From Octopus sinensis (taxonomy: Eukaryota), in NCBI RefSeq assembly GCF_006345805.1, contig NC_042997.1, forward strand, positions 62,992,001 through 63,056,000: a stretch of 64,000 nt of DNA. The letters are read 5' to 3'. Positions 51,886-64,000 of this stretch are shown one piece after another (the stretch's first letter is position 1; the number at the start of each line of letters is the position of its first letter). The notes below the pieces were generated by a model, which saw only the letters and a list, made by a program, of their open reading frames with translations, was not told where the DNA came from and ran no database searches. The position numbers and the translations under genes are program-made.

Positions 51886-52300
51886 TGGGCAACACACACA
51901 CATACACACACGTACGTACACCTATTGCATACATGTTTTTTGGACGCATACATGTTCGTGTCTGTGGGCGTGTTGCCGTATATCAACAAAACAATTTTTT
52001 CCTCGATGGAAAAAAACAACAAAAGTCTTAGCAAAAACTTACTCTTCGTTAGAAGGGGACTTAACCCCTGTTTCAAAACAATGGTGATTTCTCCGACTTG
52101 AAAATTGTTAAAAGTTTTGGTTGAAAATTTATTTTTACTGCTATTCGCTGGTGTCTATGGGAAAAATAAGTTGACGAAAATACAGCAAGGGTCTTAACGA
52201 ATGTCCTCCTACAATTGGAGCGACATGCGTGCTAATTTGTGGATGTGCATAAATTACATTCACATACACACACACACATCCTGCCTTTTATATATACAGA
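51662..52300 (+). mobile_element. Non-autonomous Helitron/Helentron-like element (interrupted by (AT)n)
   Basis: 5' atactaactgtacaggccggctttgctcggg and 3' cacacacacatcctgcctttttatatatacaga resemble ACTAG...GCCCGGC.TTGC.CGGG starts and (CA)n-...TTTATATATATAGAT ends of such elements (family-level recognition only). Confidence 0.45.
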
Positions 52301-52320
52301 CATATATATATATATATGAT

Positions 52321-52389
<69 letters not shown>

Positions 52390-53414
52390 TAATATATATA
52401 TATATATATTATATATATGTATATATATATATACATATATATATATAATATATGTATAATATCTATATATATATTATATATTATATATATATATATATAT
52501 ATGATATATATGATACATATAATGTAGACATTTTATTTGTCTATCTCCATAACTTGGAGATTTTAGGTATAATCATACTAATGCGTCCATCTGTTCTAAT
52601 TTAATTAAATTCTGTCTTTGTGCAGCTAAAGATTGCTCTACATTTTAAATTGATGTAATGATTGCATTGTTCAATTAAATGGAGTTGCATGAAACGATCG
52701 TCCTGCATTGCCTCTGGATATCCTTGTTGCTTATTTCTATTTTAATCACCTTAGTATGAAATTGTATGGCTAATATGTTTTGTGTGTGTGTGTGTGTTTT
52801 GTGCGTGCGTGTCTCTGTGTGTGTGTGTGTATCTGTCTACTGTCTGAATACAATGATAATTTTCCTGCCAGTGTCAACATATGCAAGTTCATATCAAACA
52901 TAAACAAAATCATCAGTATTTTTGATGCTTAATGTTTAGAAACCGGTACAAGCTGTTCAGTTTGTTGACGATATTGAATATGAACTCAAATATGAGCTTG
53001 CGTAGGCTGAGCAATTTGTAAATGTTCAATATGGACTTGAATATAAACCTACAACGAACATGGCTATTACAGTTCTCACCAAACAATCAGCACCAACAAC
53101 GTTAGTTGATTCACGACAGGATTGACGCACATCTGTCTCACAAGATTTTCCGATAAACAGCACCCATTAATAGCAGGATTCTGGTAATACTGTCACCCCC
53201 AAAAAAAAAAAAAAAATGATCACGGCTATTATACACATATCCACCTAGAGAGTGCACACAAATTCTGTCTACACGGACGGAATAAACTTAATAATAATTA
53301 TTATAGTGGGATTGTCACGCATAATAAATATGTTACATATCATTAAGCAAATCATAAAGAGAAAATATATATATGGCAGGTTAGAGTTTATGAGAATATT
53401 CCCACATACACATA

Positions 53415-53452
<38 letters not shown>

Positions 53453-54707
53453 ACACACACACAACACACACACAGACACACACACACACACACACACGCA
53501 CACACAAAGACGCGCAAAGCAAACACACATATATGTATATACTTGCATATATAATATCTATCTATCCATCTGTATGTCTGTATATGCATGTTTGTATCCA
53601 TCTATCCAATCTCTCTCTCTCGTCTTTCATATATATATATATATATAATATATATATATATCATTATATATTAAAAGGCTCTTACAAGAATTGTATTGAT
53701 AGTGACGTTGAAGTTTCGGTCATCATTGGACTGTAAATCATTTAGGTGCATCTTGGCTTTATATAGTCTCTGTTATGTTAAAATTGTCTAGGGTAACGTG
53801 ATTTCTGTTGAATAATAATTATGCTGCATGTTAGGTTGCGGTTGTAATATTGTATATAAAGTTTTATGGATTGAATTTGGGGAAATGCTAATAGATATAA
53901 TTTATTCAAGCGTGAACAGCTTTGTAAACAGATGTGTATATTTAGATGTCTCATCTTCAGATCAAAGGATTTCAAAATAGAATGTAATAAGGTTGTTAGT
54001 AGAACCCTCATTGTTATTGGTGTTATTTAGATATTAATAAGATATTTACCTTTTGCTTTGAGAATTTGATGGTTATATCCAGTTTTTTAACTATGTGTTT
54101 TAAGGGTTTACACGAGAATGTAGGAGTGTAGTGAAGGTAATTTGGTTAGCACTTTGTTTGTATTTGTGTCTTTTCCTTGTTTATATTTTCAGAGTGTTGG
54201 CTATCACTTTAGTATGTCACAATGAAATTAGTTTGAAAATTTGTTAAGCAAATACTTAAATGTTCACAAGTATATGGCAGCAGGTATTCAAGTTGTTGGT
54301 CAGTATATTTTTCTCTAGTGGATCATCGCTTTTTGAAATATTTGGTCGCTATTTGTAATATTTAATGTTTGTAAGGCGGTGAGCTGGCAGAATCATTAGC
54401 ACGTTGGGCAAAATGCTTAGCGGTCCTTCGCCCGTCTTTACGTTCTGAGTTCAAATTCCACCGGGGTCGATAAAATAAGTACCAATCGACTTAACCGTAA
54501 AGCTCTGGTTATTGTGTTTTTAACTCTGTCTGGAGGAAATCTAAGATGCATAACCAAAGATGCTGAAATGACAACCGCAGAAACAAAAACACACAGTCGC
54601 GCGCACATTTTCACACTAATACATACATGCATATATGCGTACGTACATACATACATACATACACACACACACGCACACACACACACATACATACATACAT
54701 ACATACA

Positions 54708-54743
<36 letters not shown>

Positions 54744-54769
54744 TATACAAAACTATCTTGTTGATGTTG

Positions 54770-54860
54770 AAATTCCGATGAAGGAGCCCTGTTTCTAGGT
54801 TAGAAACCGGTTCTTTCTATATTGGCAAGAAATCTTGAAATAAACTGAATAATAACACAC
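54770..54860 (+). ncRNA. Hammerhead-like variant in a short repeat
   Basis: CCGATGA-A-GGAGCC..GGTTA-GAA-ACCGGT-T: palindromic stem III, U4-to-C core change. Confidence 0.3.
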
Positions 54861-54891
54861 ACAGTGACACACACACACACACACACATACG

Positions 54892-54923
<32 letters not shown>

Positions 54924-55023
54924 CATACATATATATTCATGTATATATTTATATATATATGTATATATATATACATATATATGTATATATATATATATAC
55001 ATAAATAAATACATACATACATT

Positions 55024-55093
<70 letters not shown>

Positions 55094-55095
55094 CA

Positions 55096-55952
55096 CGATT
55101 TAGAGGATCTTCGTCGATGCCTCCACCAAATTTGGAAGTGGTCTAACGATTGGGACCTGTGTCTGAACGTGTCAAAGTGCTGTCATCTGCCTGTCGGCTC
55201 TACTCCAGCAACTCAACTTGATTTCGAGCCGGGTCGTCTGCTGCTGGAGAGGACCGATCAGGTAAAGGACCTGGGTATCTTGGTGGATTCCTCCTTTTCG
55301 CCTTCGGCCCAGTGCGTCCATGCTGCCAACAAAGCGCGCGGAATTCTGTTTTTGATTCGACGATCATTCGGAATGCTCACAGCAGCCATATTCCTGCCAC
55401 TCTATGTCACGCTGGTGAGACCCATATTGGAGTATGGGATTCAAGCCTCTTCTCCTTATCTCCTCAAAGACATACAGCACCTCGAAAGAGTCCAGAGGCT
55501 GGCTACCCGCATGGTTCATGGTCTCAAAAATTTGTCCTACGAAGAAAGGCTGAGGACGCTCGACCTTTGTTCTCTTGAAAAACGCCGCCGCCGTGGTGAT
55601 CTCATTCTCGCCCACAACATCATAAGCGGGAAGTGTAACCTCTCGAAAGAGCTGTTCTTCACTCCTGCTCCGGAGCGTCGGCTGCGGGGTCATTCCGAAA
55701 AGCTCTACCTGCGACGATTTCATCTCAATCGAAGGAGAGGAGCTTTCTCCGTCCGGGTTGCGGATCCGTGGTACAAGCTGCCAGACGAGATGGTGAAATG
55801 CCGCCGACGACCGCTTTTTGTTCAAAGCCTCCTGGACCTCAAGTGGCCTGAACTCTTTACATGAACACCACCCTGTACTTAACTCCATGTCCCCCTACAT
55901 GGCCTTGCTATTTACTTTTGAGCCAAATTAACTAACTAACTAACTAACTAAC
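55096..55952 (+). mobile_element. CR1-clade LINE 3' fragment (distinct, GC-rich family)
   Basis: Open frame ...LNVSKC...[23 protein letters not shown]...[12 protein letters not shown]...[23 protein letters not shown]...RRRRGDLI to stop at 55864. Hairpin CCATGT-ccccct-ACATGG (55885-55902) and (TAAC)6 tail (55929-55952). Confidence 0.9.
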
Positions 55953-56450
55953 GATTGGATACTACCGATTTTCAGCTCACTCACGCAACATCGCTCAGCC
56001 CTGGGAGATAATAAAACATACATCCCGAAGGATGTACGCAGTGGACTAAGCTTGAAACCACATAGTTGCAAAGATACTTTCTTAACAACAGATACACCCT
56101 CTGAAATTGCTTCAATTATCAGAAAATATCGGTAAAAATTCCACAGTCTGGTATGGAATAACGAAGTCTAATATCTTTTGAATGGAAATCATTACGGCTG
56201 TGAGACACAAAGAATATTGTAGAAAGCGAATTAGAATATTCGATCATAAATGAAAGTTATTCTATGTTCCTGACATTGATGACAGTCACAATGAATCACC
56301 AATCAACTTATCGACTCACGTGAAAATATTTTCCAGCTACCTGACTCAGTGATTATTGGATTGGTGGAAGTAGATCTAGCTTACCGGATGGTGAAGAGTG
56401 TAGTCATAGAAGGATAACTCTTACACACATATACACCCATTAATGTATAT

Positions 56451-56494
<44 letters not shown>

Positions 56495-57269
56495 ATGGCC
56501 ACACACATATATACATATATATACATATATATACATACACATATATATATACATATATATATATATATACATGTATATATGTATATATATATTATATAGT
56601 TATATATACAAACATACAAAAACGCGCACATACATGCATCTATATGTATTTACAGATACATGTATACACACAAAGATGTATATATAATACATTTAACGCA
56701 CCCAAACACTTGTAACCAGCCAATACATTTGCATACACGCAAGCACACAGGCACATTTACAGTCATATTTAGTGATATTAAACATTACAATTATCAATTT
56801 GTATATGTATAAATACATACATATACACGCATAAACGTATATATAATATATTTATACACCTAGTGAAACATCTGTACGCATTCATACGCACACAACTGAG
56901 GACACATCTATACTTAGTAATATTCGACATTGTAATCATACATTTGTATATGTATACAAACATATAATAATGATGTTAGCGATAAATGCATATATACGTA
57001 CATACATAATATCAATTGTAACAAAAGTATGAACCAATATATATTCTTACTGACGTCATATAAACAAAACCATCTCCTTAGGCTCACGTCACATCAGTGA
57101 TGTTTGACACATGTGACCCATCCAACCTGCAGCATTACAGCAAGTGGACTGAAGATGTCAGTACATAGGAGAACAACAAAATCTCGAATGTGATTGAATT
57201 GCAGATTATTATATTTGAATATGGCATTGGTCCATCAATCGCCCCTGAAATGATTGAAGTGTGTTTGGA

Positions 57270-57442
57270 AGAATTTAGCCATAAGATAATCTTTTCCCTA
57301 TTATTCCAGGAAGATTGCAACAAACACGTTCATACACACATGCATACATGATTTTACATACGTGTATACGTATTACATTGTTATGCATGTATACATACAT
57401 TTATACATACAAACACACATATAAACACACACACACACACGC

Positions 57443-57477
<35 letters not shown>

Positions 57478-57877
57478 TGTATGTATGTATGTATGTATGT
57501 ATGTATGTATGTATGTATGTATGAATAAAAGCGTGGTTGTATGGTAAAAAGCTTGCTACTCAACATATGATTCTAGATTCGGTCTCGCTGTGTGGTACTT
57601 ATTTGAGTATCTTCTGGCATAGCATCGGCTCGAGCAAAGCCTTGTGAATGCATTTGGCTGACAGAGACTGAAGGCCCGTTGTGTATGAATGCGGGAAATG
57701 AGGAGTAGATAGACAGCCGACAACTGATGCAATGTCGTTCTTTGTGTTACTTGTCTGTTTGCCATTTTTCTCTTGTTGTTTGCGCATTTAACTCATTTGT
57801 TTTCGAACTTCATATTGTTTATTGTTGGTGACGTCCTGCACCCATTCTATCAATCTATCTATCTATCTATCTATCTA

Positions 57878-57975
<98 letters not shown>

Positions 57976-58474
57976 AATGTTCAGTTTACAAGGAAAGATC
58001 CTTAGGAAGAGTTACAGGGTAGCCAAATGTCACATAAGCGCCTAAGAAATTAGTAATCCCACTTGCATGGGTGATAATTTCGAAGAGAAGTGACACGTGT
58101 TTTTAAGAACATAAGAGTAATGGAAAATGAAGATAAATGCACACGAATTTAAATTATTTATATCACCGACACACGTTTCGATTGATGCATTAAAATATAT
58201 CCGAGAGGAAGAACAATGTAGAAAAATGCATTAATCTCATCAGGGAGGAGATTATAAACAACAGTGCTCACCAAGCTATTTTTACAGAAGTAAGAAACAA
58301 TAATATATAAAATGTATGGAAAGCAAATTATATATATGTATAAATGTATGTATACATGCATAACAATGTAATATGTATACACGTATGTAAAAACATGTAT
58401 ACATGTGTGCATGAACGTGTTTGTTGCAATCTTCCTGGAACAATAGGGAAAAGATTATCTTATGGCTAAATTCT
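57270..58474. repeat. Inverted duplication, 140 bp arms (57270-57409 / 58335-58474), ~925 bp spacer
   Basis: agaatttagccataagataatcttttccctatt(a/g)ttccaggaagattgcaacaaacacgttcat... is mirrored, ~95% identical by eye. Confidence 0.9.
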
Positions 58475-58519
58475 GCCATATATACCTCTAGCGGTTCAGC
58501 GAAAGAGACCTACGGCCTT

Positions 58520-59639
58520 TAGACGACTTCGGAATCTCCTGCAACCTGTCTTGGCAGTCGTCTTGTTTAAGTTGGTGAATTCTGCCATAATCCTTACCGT
58601 CAGTTTATCTTTCGTTTATCTTTCGTGTTAAAAGAAGTTGTGTTGGCCTCTCGCTCAACTGCGCCCCGCCACATAACAATCAAGGAGGTTACAGACTGGA
58701 GAGTTAGGTGGCCAGGTTTTAGGGGTGGTGTGGTCGCAGAAATTGTCTGACAGCCATGACTAGGTTCTCTTGCTTTTGTAGCATGAGGCAAAATCCTGTT
58801 GCCAGACATGGCGTCCTACAGCAACCACCCTTTAAACGCAGTGCAGCAGTACTTCCTCCAGGTATTTGATGTAGGCCTCCGTGTTGAGTCTGAGGCCGTG
58901 TGGGAAGATAAATGGAGGCATAACGTCACCATCACTAGTGATCACTTCAAACACCATGATATTGATTGGATGTTTAATTTTTATCACTCTCGGCACATGT
59001 TTTGGGGATACAGAATGGATCTGCGTGTTCACCATCTGATCCTGGCAGAAATTTTTCTCCTCTGAGACAAACCAAAGCACGTTCGTTTGGTGGGGATGCT
59101 TAAGTGTGTTCAAAAGTTTCGTAACGCAGTCTTTCTTCTTGGCTTTGATGGCTTGGGATAAATATTGGCCCTTTCCCATCTAGTATGAGGAATACCGAAA
59201 GTCTTCATTCACTACCCGCTTGATAAGAAATTCAGACACTCTCATGTCCTTGGCGATGGATCTGATTGACTTCGAGGGATCATTGTCAATCATGGCCTGG
59301 ATCTCACCAACACACTCACAGGAGTTCTATTCTTATCAGAACGATCAGAGTGAGTTTTCCGAGCTGTCGTGCCATTGTAATCACCATTAGACTAATACAA
59401 CCTTTTCCGGATCCTCTGCACTCTCTTGATATGTTCGTATTAGAGCTTCGGGAGCGAATGCCAAGCAGTACAGCATGTCATTTCCAAATTTCCGGCAGAG
59501 TGAATTGCGTCATGGTGCTGTTTTTTTCACAGACAGTGCTGAACTGACCCTACTATACTGTTTTGGTAGAAAAATAATTGCACGCGCGAAATTAAATATA
59601 TATAATATAAAATGACGACAATTAATCCATCGCACCCTA
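58520..59639 (-). mobile_element. maT-type mariner (DD37D), decayed, right end lost
   Basis: [19 protein letters not shown]...LWFVSEEKNFCQDQ...MVFEVITSDGDVMPP...VWQQD-x37-D (WPPNSP.CNLLD). Left TIR TA|(c)agggtgcgatggattaattgtcgtc at 59609-59639. Confidence 0.9.
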
Positions 59640-59700
59640 TATATGTGTGTGTGTGTGTATACATACATACATACATACATACATACATACATACATACAT

Positions 59701-60177
<477 letters not shown>

Positions 60178-60739
60178 GTGTAATAATATATTTGTGTAAT
60201 GTAGGGAGGGTTAAAATCTAAGCCGTCTCCTCTTGAAGCACATCTGCTTATTCCAGTGCTCCAAAGTCGTATGTAGATGTTATATTTGTGTGAAGTATGC
60301 ATAAGAGTTGAAAATTGCAAAAACAGGAAACTAAAAAAGAAACGATATTATTATTCACCATTACGCATGCTAAGAGGAGTTACGAAATTGTCGGTGCAGG
60401 AGAAATATGTAAGGTGTCGCCTATTAGAAACTCTTCAAACAAAGAATCAAATAATAAAAAAAATTACATTTGGATGAAGCGTTTGTATGTATTTAATAAT
60501 CAGGAGTCCCATAGAAAGTCGGAGAGAATAAAGAACAACATAAGTGATATAGAAGGGAGAGAGAGATAGATAGAGAGAGGTAGTGCGAGAGAGATGAGTG
60601 TATTCAAACATACACATGCCTATATATATATATATACATAGACATCTATTTGTATGTATATATGTAAATCTGCATGTATACTATGTTTTATGTATTCATA
60701 TATAAATAAATACACACACCCACACACGTGTGTATATAT

Positions 60740-60785
<46 letters not shown>

Positions 60786-60891
60786 ATAACTGGTAGATAT
60801 AATGAAATGTTTCAATGTTTCATTTGCCGGTTCTTGAAGAAGCAGAGAAGCAATCAATCGTTTATTTATAAATCCATCTATGTGTCGGTGC

Positions 60892-61062
<171 letters not shown>

Positions 61063-61299
61063 TGTGTGTGTGTACGGGTATGCTTTTGTGTGCAACCACC
61101 TTTCAACACGCACAGGCACAAAAAAGTCCGTTGTAGTTTATTTATGCATGTGTAGTTGTTTTTGATATGAAGAATATTTATTATATTATATAAATCACCC
61201 AGAAACAATGAAGCGAAGCAAGAAATATGTCGTAAAAATGTATACACAAATATTCTCAAGTCCTCTACTATGAACTACAATATATAGTGAGAGTTAAAT

Positions 61300-61620
61300 A
61301 TCAGAGAGTTGAAAACCCAACTGGAATTCCAAGTGTTGTAACCAGTCAGTTGCACTCTTTAGATGTTTCTATCCATTTATCTTTAAAAGTATTCCTTTGT
61401 GGGGAAGTGAAAAAAATGCAGTCTTCAGATTCTGCAGTGACACCAACAAGGAGAAGGAAGTGGCCTAACACAATTGCATGTGTAGGTAAAAAGTTCATGG
61501 AATGCTGTAAAAGAAGATGTAGTTGTGAAATCATTTTAAAAATACGGCATTAATAATACCCTTGATGGTCCTGAGAATGATTTAGTGTTTGAAGAAGATA
61601 TTGATTACCCACATTGTATA
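61300..61620 (+). mobile_element. pogo-family (DDE_1) transposase C-terminal remnant
   Basis: IPSVVTSQLHSLDVSIHLSLKVFL (cf. IPGGLTSQLQPLDVSINKPFKVFL), TPTRRRKWP, and shifted VKSSWNAVKEDVVVKSF*KYGINNTLDGPEND. Confidence 0.8.
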
Positions 61621-62383
61621 GATTTCCAGTGATGAAGAAAGTAGTATCAATGGTAAAAGTGAGAATAAACTTTCAGACTTTGTGGATGCTGATTTAACTT
61701 TTGAATGCAATGATTAAGGTAACCTTTACCATAATTTTTTAATGCTTTTTGTGATTGCTTGCAGTGTAGAGTAACATATGCTGTTCACTGAACTACCAGT
61801 ATCAGAACGCATTCAGTTTCTTTTTCCTGCTGCTTGTTGTATACTAATATTCAATGAAATTTTGCTTTGTCTGCATGTACTATAGTTTCCTATAGAAATT
61901 CATTCACATTTATTTTACCTTCCTGGTTGTTTTGTTCCAGTTTTTACAAATATATTTGCTTTTGTTTGCATGTACCAGGATTCATTATATCAATGTATTT
62001 CTGTTTTGCTGTAGCAATTTTAATTTAGTTTCCTTCAAAGGTTATTGTGATGTTGCGTTATATGGTTTCGTGCATTATTCTAATATATTTTCACAAAATT
62101 GTTTTCACGTACATAAACAATTTCCCCTACAAAACCAATTAAAATATCTTTCAATGATTTTATGATGAAACATACTAAAATTGTTTTTTCTTCCCCACAA
62201 AACATCCTTGAAAACAGTGGGACTGCATAATATACGTGGGCAAAAACAGTAATTTCTATTATAGCACTTAAAGCCATACGCGAAGGGAATTTTATATATT
62301 TTTAAGAAATATGATTTATGTGAATAAGTTACACACACTTGATTAACCATGCGAATATATACAGGAATACATATATATATTTG

Positions 62384-62500
<117 letters not shown>

Positions 62501-62519
62501 GAAGCATTATAATCATCAA

Positions 62520-63790
62520 ACTCCCTGTTGCAGTTAGCCCTTGTGCCACTCCAGACACTTGTAGTCAGCTGTCGCCACTGGTGTCTGTTCTTTGTTCTCT
62601 CTCATAGGTAACACTTTTGCGGTATTGTGATTCTTGTCTGTAATGCTATCAGACCAAGGTTTTGCTTTCTGTCTGCTGCTCTTTCGCCCTCTATCAACTG
62701 TGCCCTAGAGGATGATTTTGGACAAGGGGTTGTACCGAGATACGTGACCTACCAGGCATGCTTTCGTTTTTATACCTGCGCATGAAGTGTTTCTTATCTG
62801 TCAGTGTTGCTACTGAATTGCTGCATGACAAAGCTGTTCGTTTTGTGGTATGTATAAGGGATTACCTAGCTGCCTTCTGACGCACTTGTGCCCAGATGCC
62901 AGGATTCTTCGTTCTTTATTACTTGCAAGAGTCCAGCTCTCACACTTATACTGAAGGGCTGAAGTTACCAGGGACTTGTACACTTTGAATTTTGTTGGGA
63001 ACAGAGGCCAGGCTGAGTCTTATTGTGATCGTCTTTTGCGATCTGCCGTCTTTGGCCAAAGTGGATACAAGGTACTCAAAGTTGTTCGCCTTCGTCAAAT
63101 CTCTCCATTCAGCTTGATGTAGGTTTCGGTGTTCTGATTGCGACTCTTACCCTGGACCTTATCTCTTTTCTCGGTTGATCATCAAGCAGCTTGCTTCAGA
63201 TACTTTTCCACTAGTGGTGGGCTCCTGGAGTTCTGCTTCACTGCTTTCTAACACGTTAATATGATCAGCAAAATACAGGTTGGAGACAAGCCGTCCTCCA
63301 ATGGAGACACAGGGGTAGAAAAACTTTGAAAAACATAGTAGACAGTAGACACCCTTGCTTGTCTGCCGTTCACCTTCCTAGTTCTAGCTTTATTGATGAG
63401 GGACTTGAACATTTGAAGTGCGAGTATGAAGTCAATTTCATTGTGAGTCCCGTCATTATGTGCATGACATATTGTTCTGCGCAAGGTCTTGTATGGAAGC
63501 AGTGTATTGCTTAGGGTCAGCTTGTGTGTCGCAATCTACGATCATTGGTTTCTCTGATCTCGATTCATTCCACTGTCCAGTTTAATTGGTCATGTGTATC
63601 TGATCCTACTTTGGGATTTCAGTCTCCTAGACTGGTAAGAGCATTTTTTAGGAGTTGCCCAGATGATTTTTTTCTCCAGATCCTCATAGAAATCCTAATC
63701 TGCATCATCATCATCATATTCAAGCGCTAGCATATAGACTTGCATGATAGTAATATTCTTCCAGATCGGCCAAAGCCTTGAAAACCAACT
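62520..63790 (-). mobile_element. Degraded RTE-clade LINE with large internal deletion
   Basis: EN C-terminal motifs (DFYEDL, NPKVG, ETNDR, SNTL, THNEIDFIL) are joined directly to RT VSIGGRLVSNLYFADHINVLESSEAELQ...FEYL...YKSLV..LQYKCESWTL...GHVSR...IL*GTV. Confidence 0.8.
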
Positions 63791-64000
63791 ACCGCGCTCT
63801 CCACTGCTTTCTCTCAAGAGATCAATGTGCAACTGAAATATGAAACATGAAATGAAAATCAAATATTTTTATGCATTTATAACAAAATACCAAAATCTGC
63901 GAATATTTACTGAAATGAAAACATTATAATTATATGATATATTAAAGGAAGTGTTTGCTTTACCTATTTTTAAACTATTTTTATGAATAATTTTGAATAT

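Noticed and set aside
54959-55095. N-terminal extension of the 301-aa ORF
   Set aside because: Microsatellite read-through; LINE homology starts only at ~55096.
57070-57330. Open-looking frame ...ELQIIIFEYGIGP...
   Set aside because: Contains a stop and matches no family I can name.

Overview
AT-rich eukaryotic DNA dominated by microsatellites and transposon debris. The SINE families, (AT)n/(ATCT)n tracts and TE mix look like a cephalopod (Octopus-like) genome; this is inference from recognised repeat families, not a database search. I found no confidently supported host protein gene, rRNA, tRNA gene or CRISPR array. Most entries in the ORF track (YI/HT/CV runs) are microsatellite translation artefacts. 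Real coding signal is TE-derived: (1) three CR1-clade LINEs, one nearly intact EN+RT at 17123-20330 (-) broken only by a (CA)n frameshift, one at 29441-31594 (+) with a single nonsense codon, and one GC-rich 3' fragment at 55096-55952; (2) three RTE LINE remnants; (3) two Penelope GIY-YIG remnants; (4) three Helitron RepHel remnants; (5) a complete but decayed DD37E Tc1 element with IR/DR ends, two maT (DD37D) mariner remnants, a classical mariner, a pogo fragment and MITEs. The most unusual structure is a recurrent set of fold-back inverted duplications of different ages (137 bp perfect palindrome, ~180 bp, ~160 bp, ~140 bp and a ~2 kb pair centred on a Penelope endonuclease remnant). These occur alongside several minimal hammerhead-ribozyme motifs with palindromic stem III, as known from Penelope-like element termini. 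Identities quoted are by-eye estimates.
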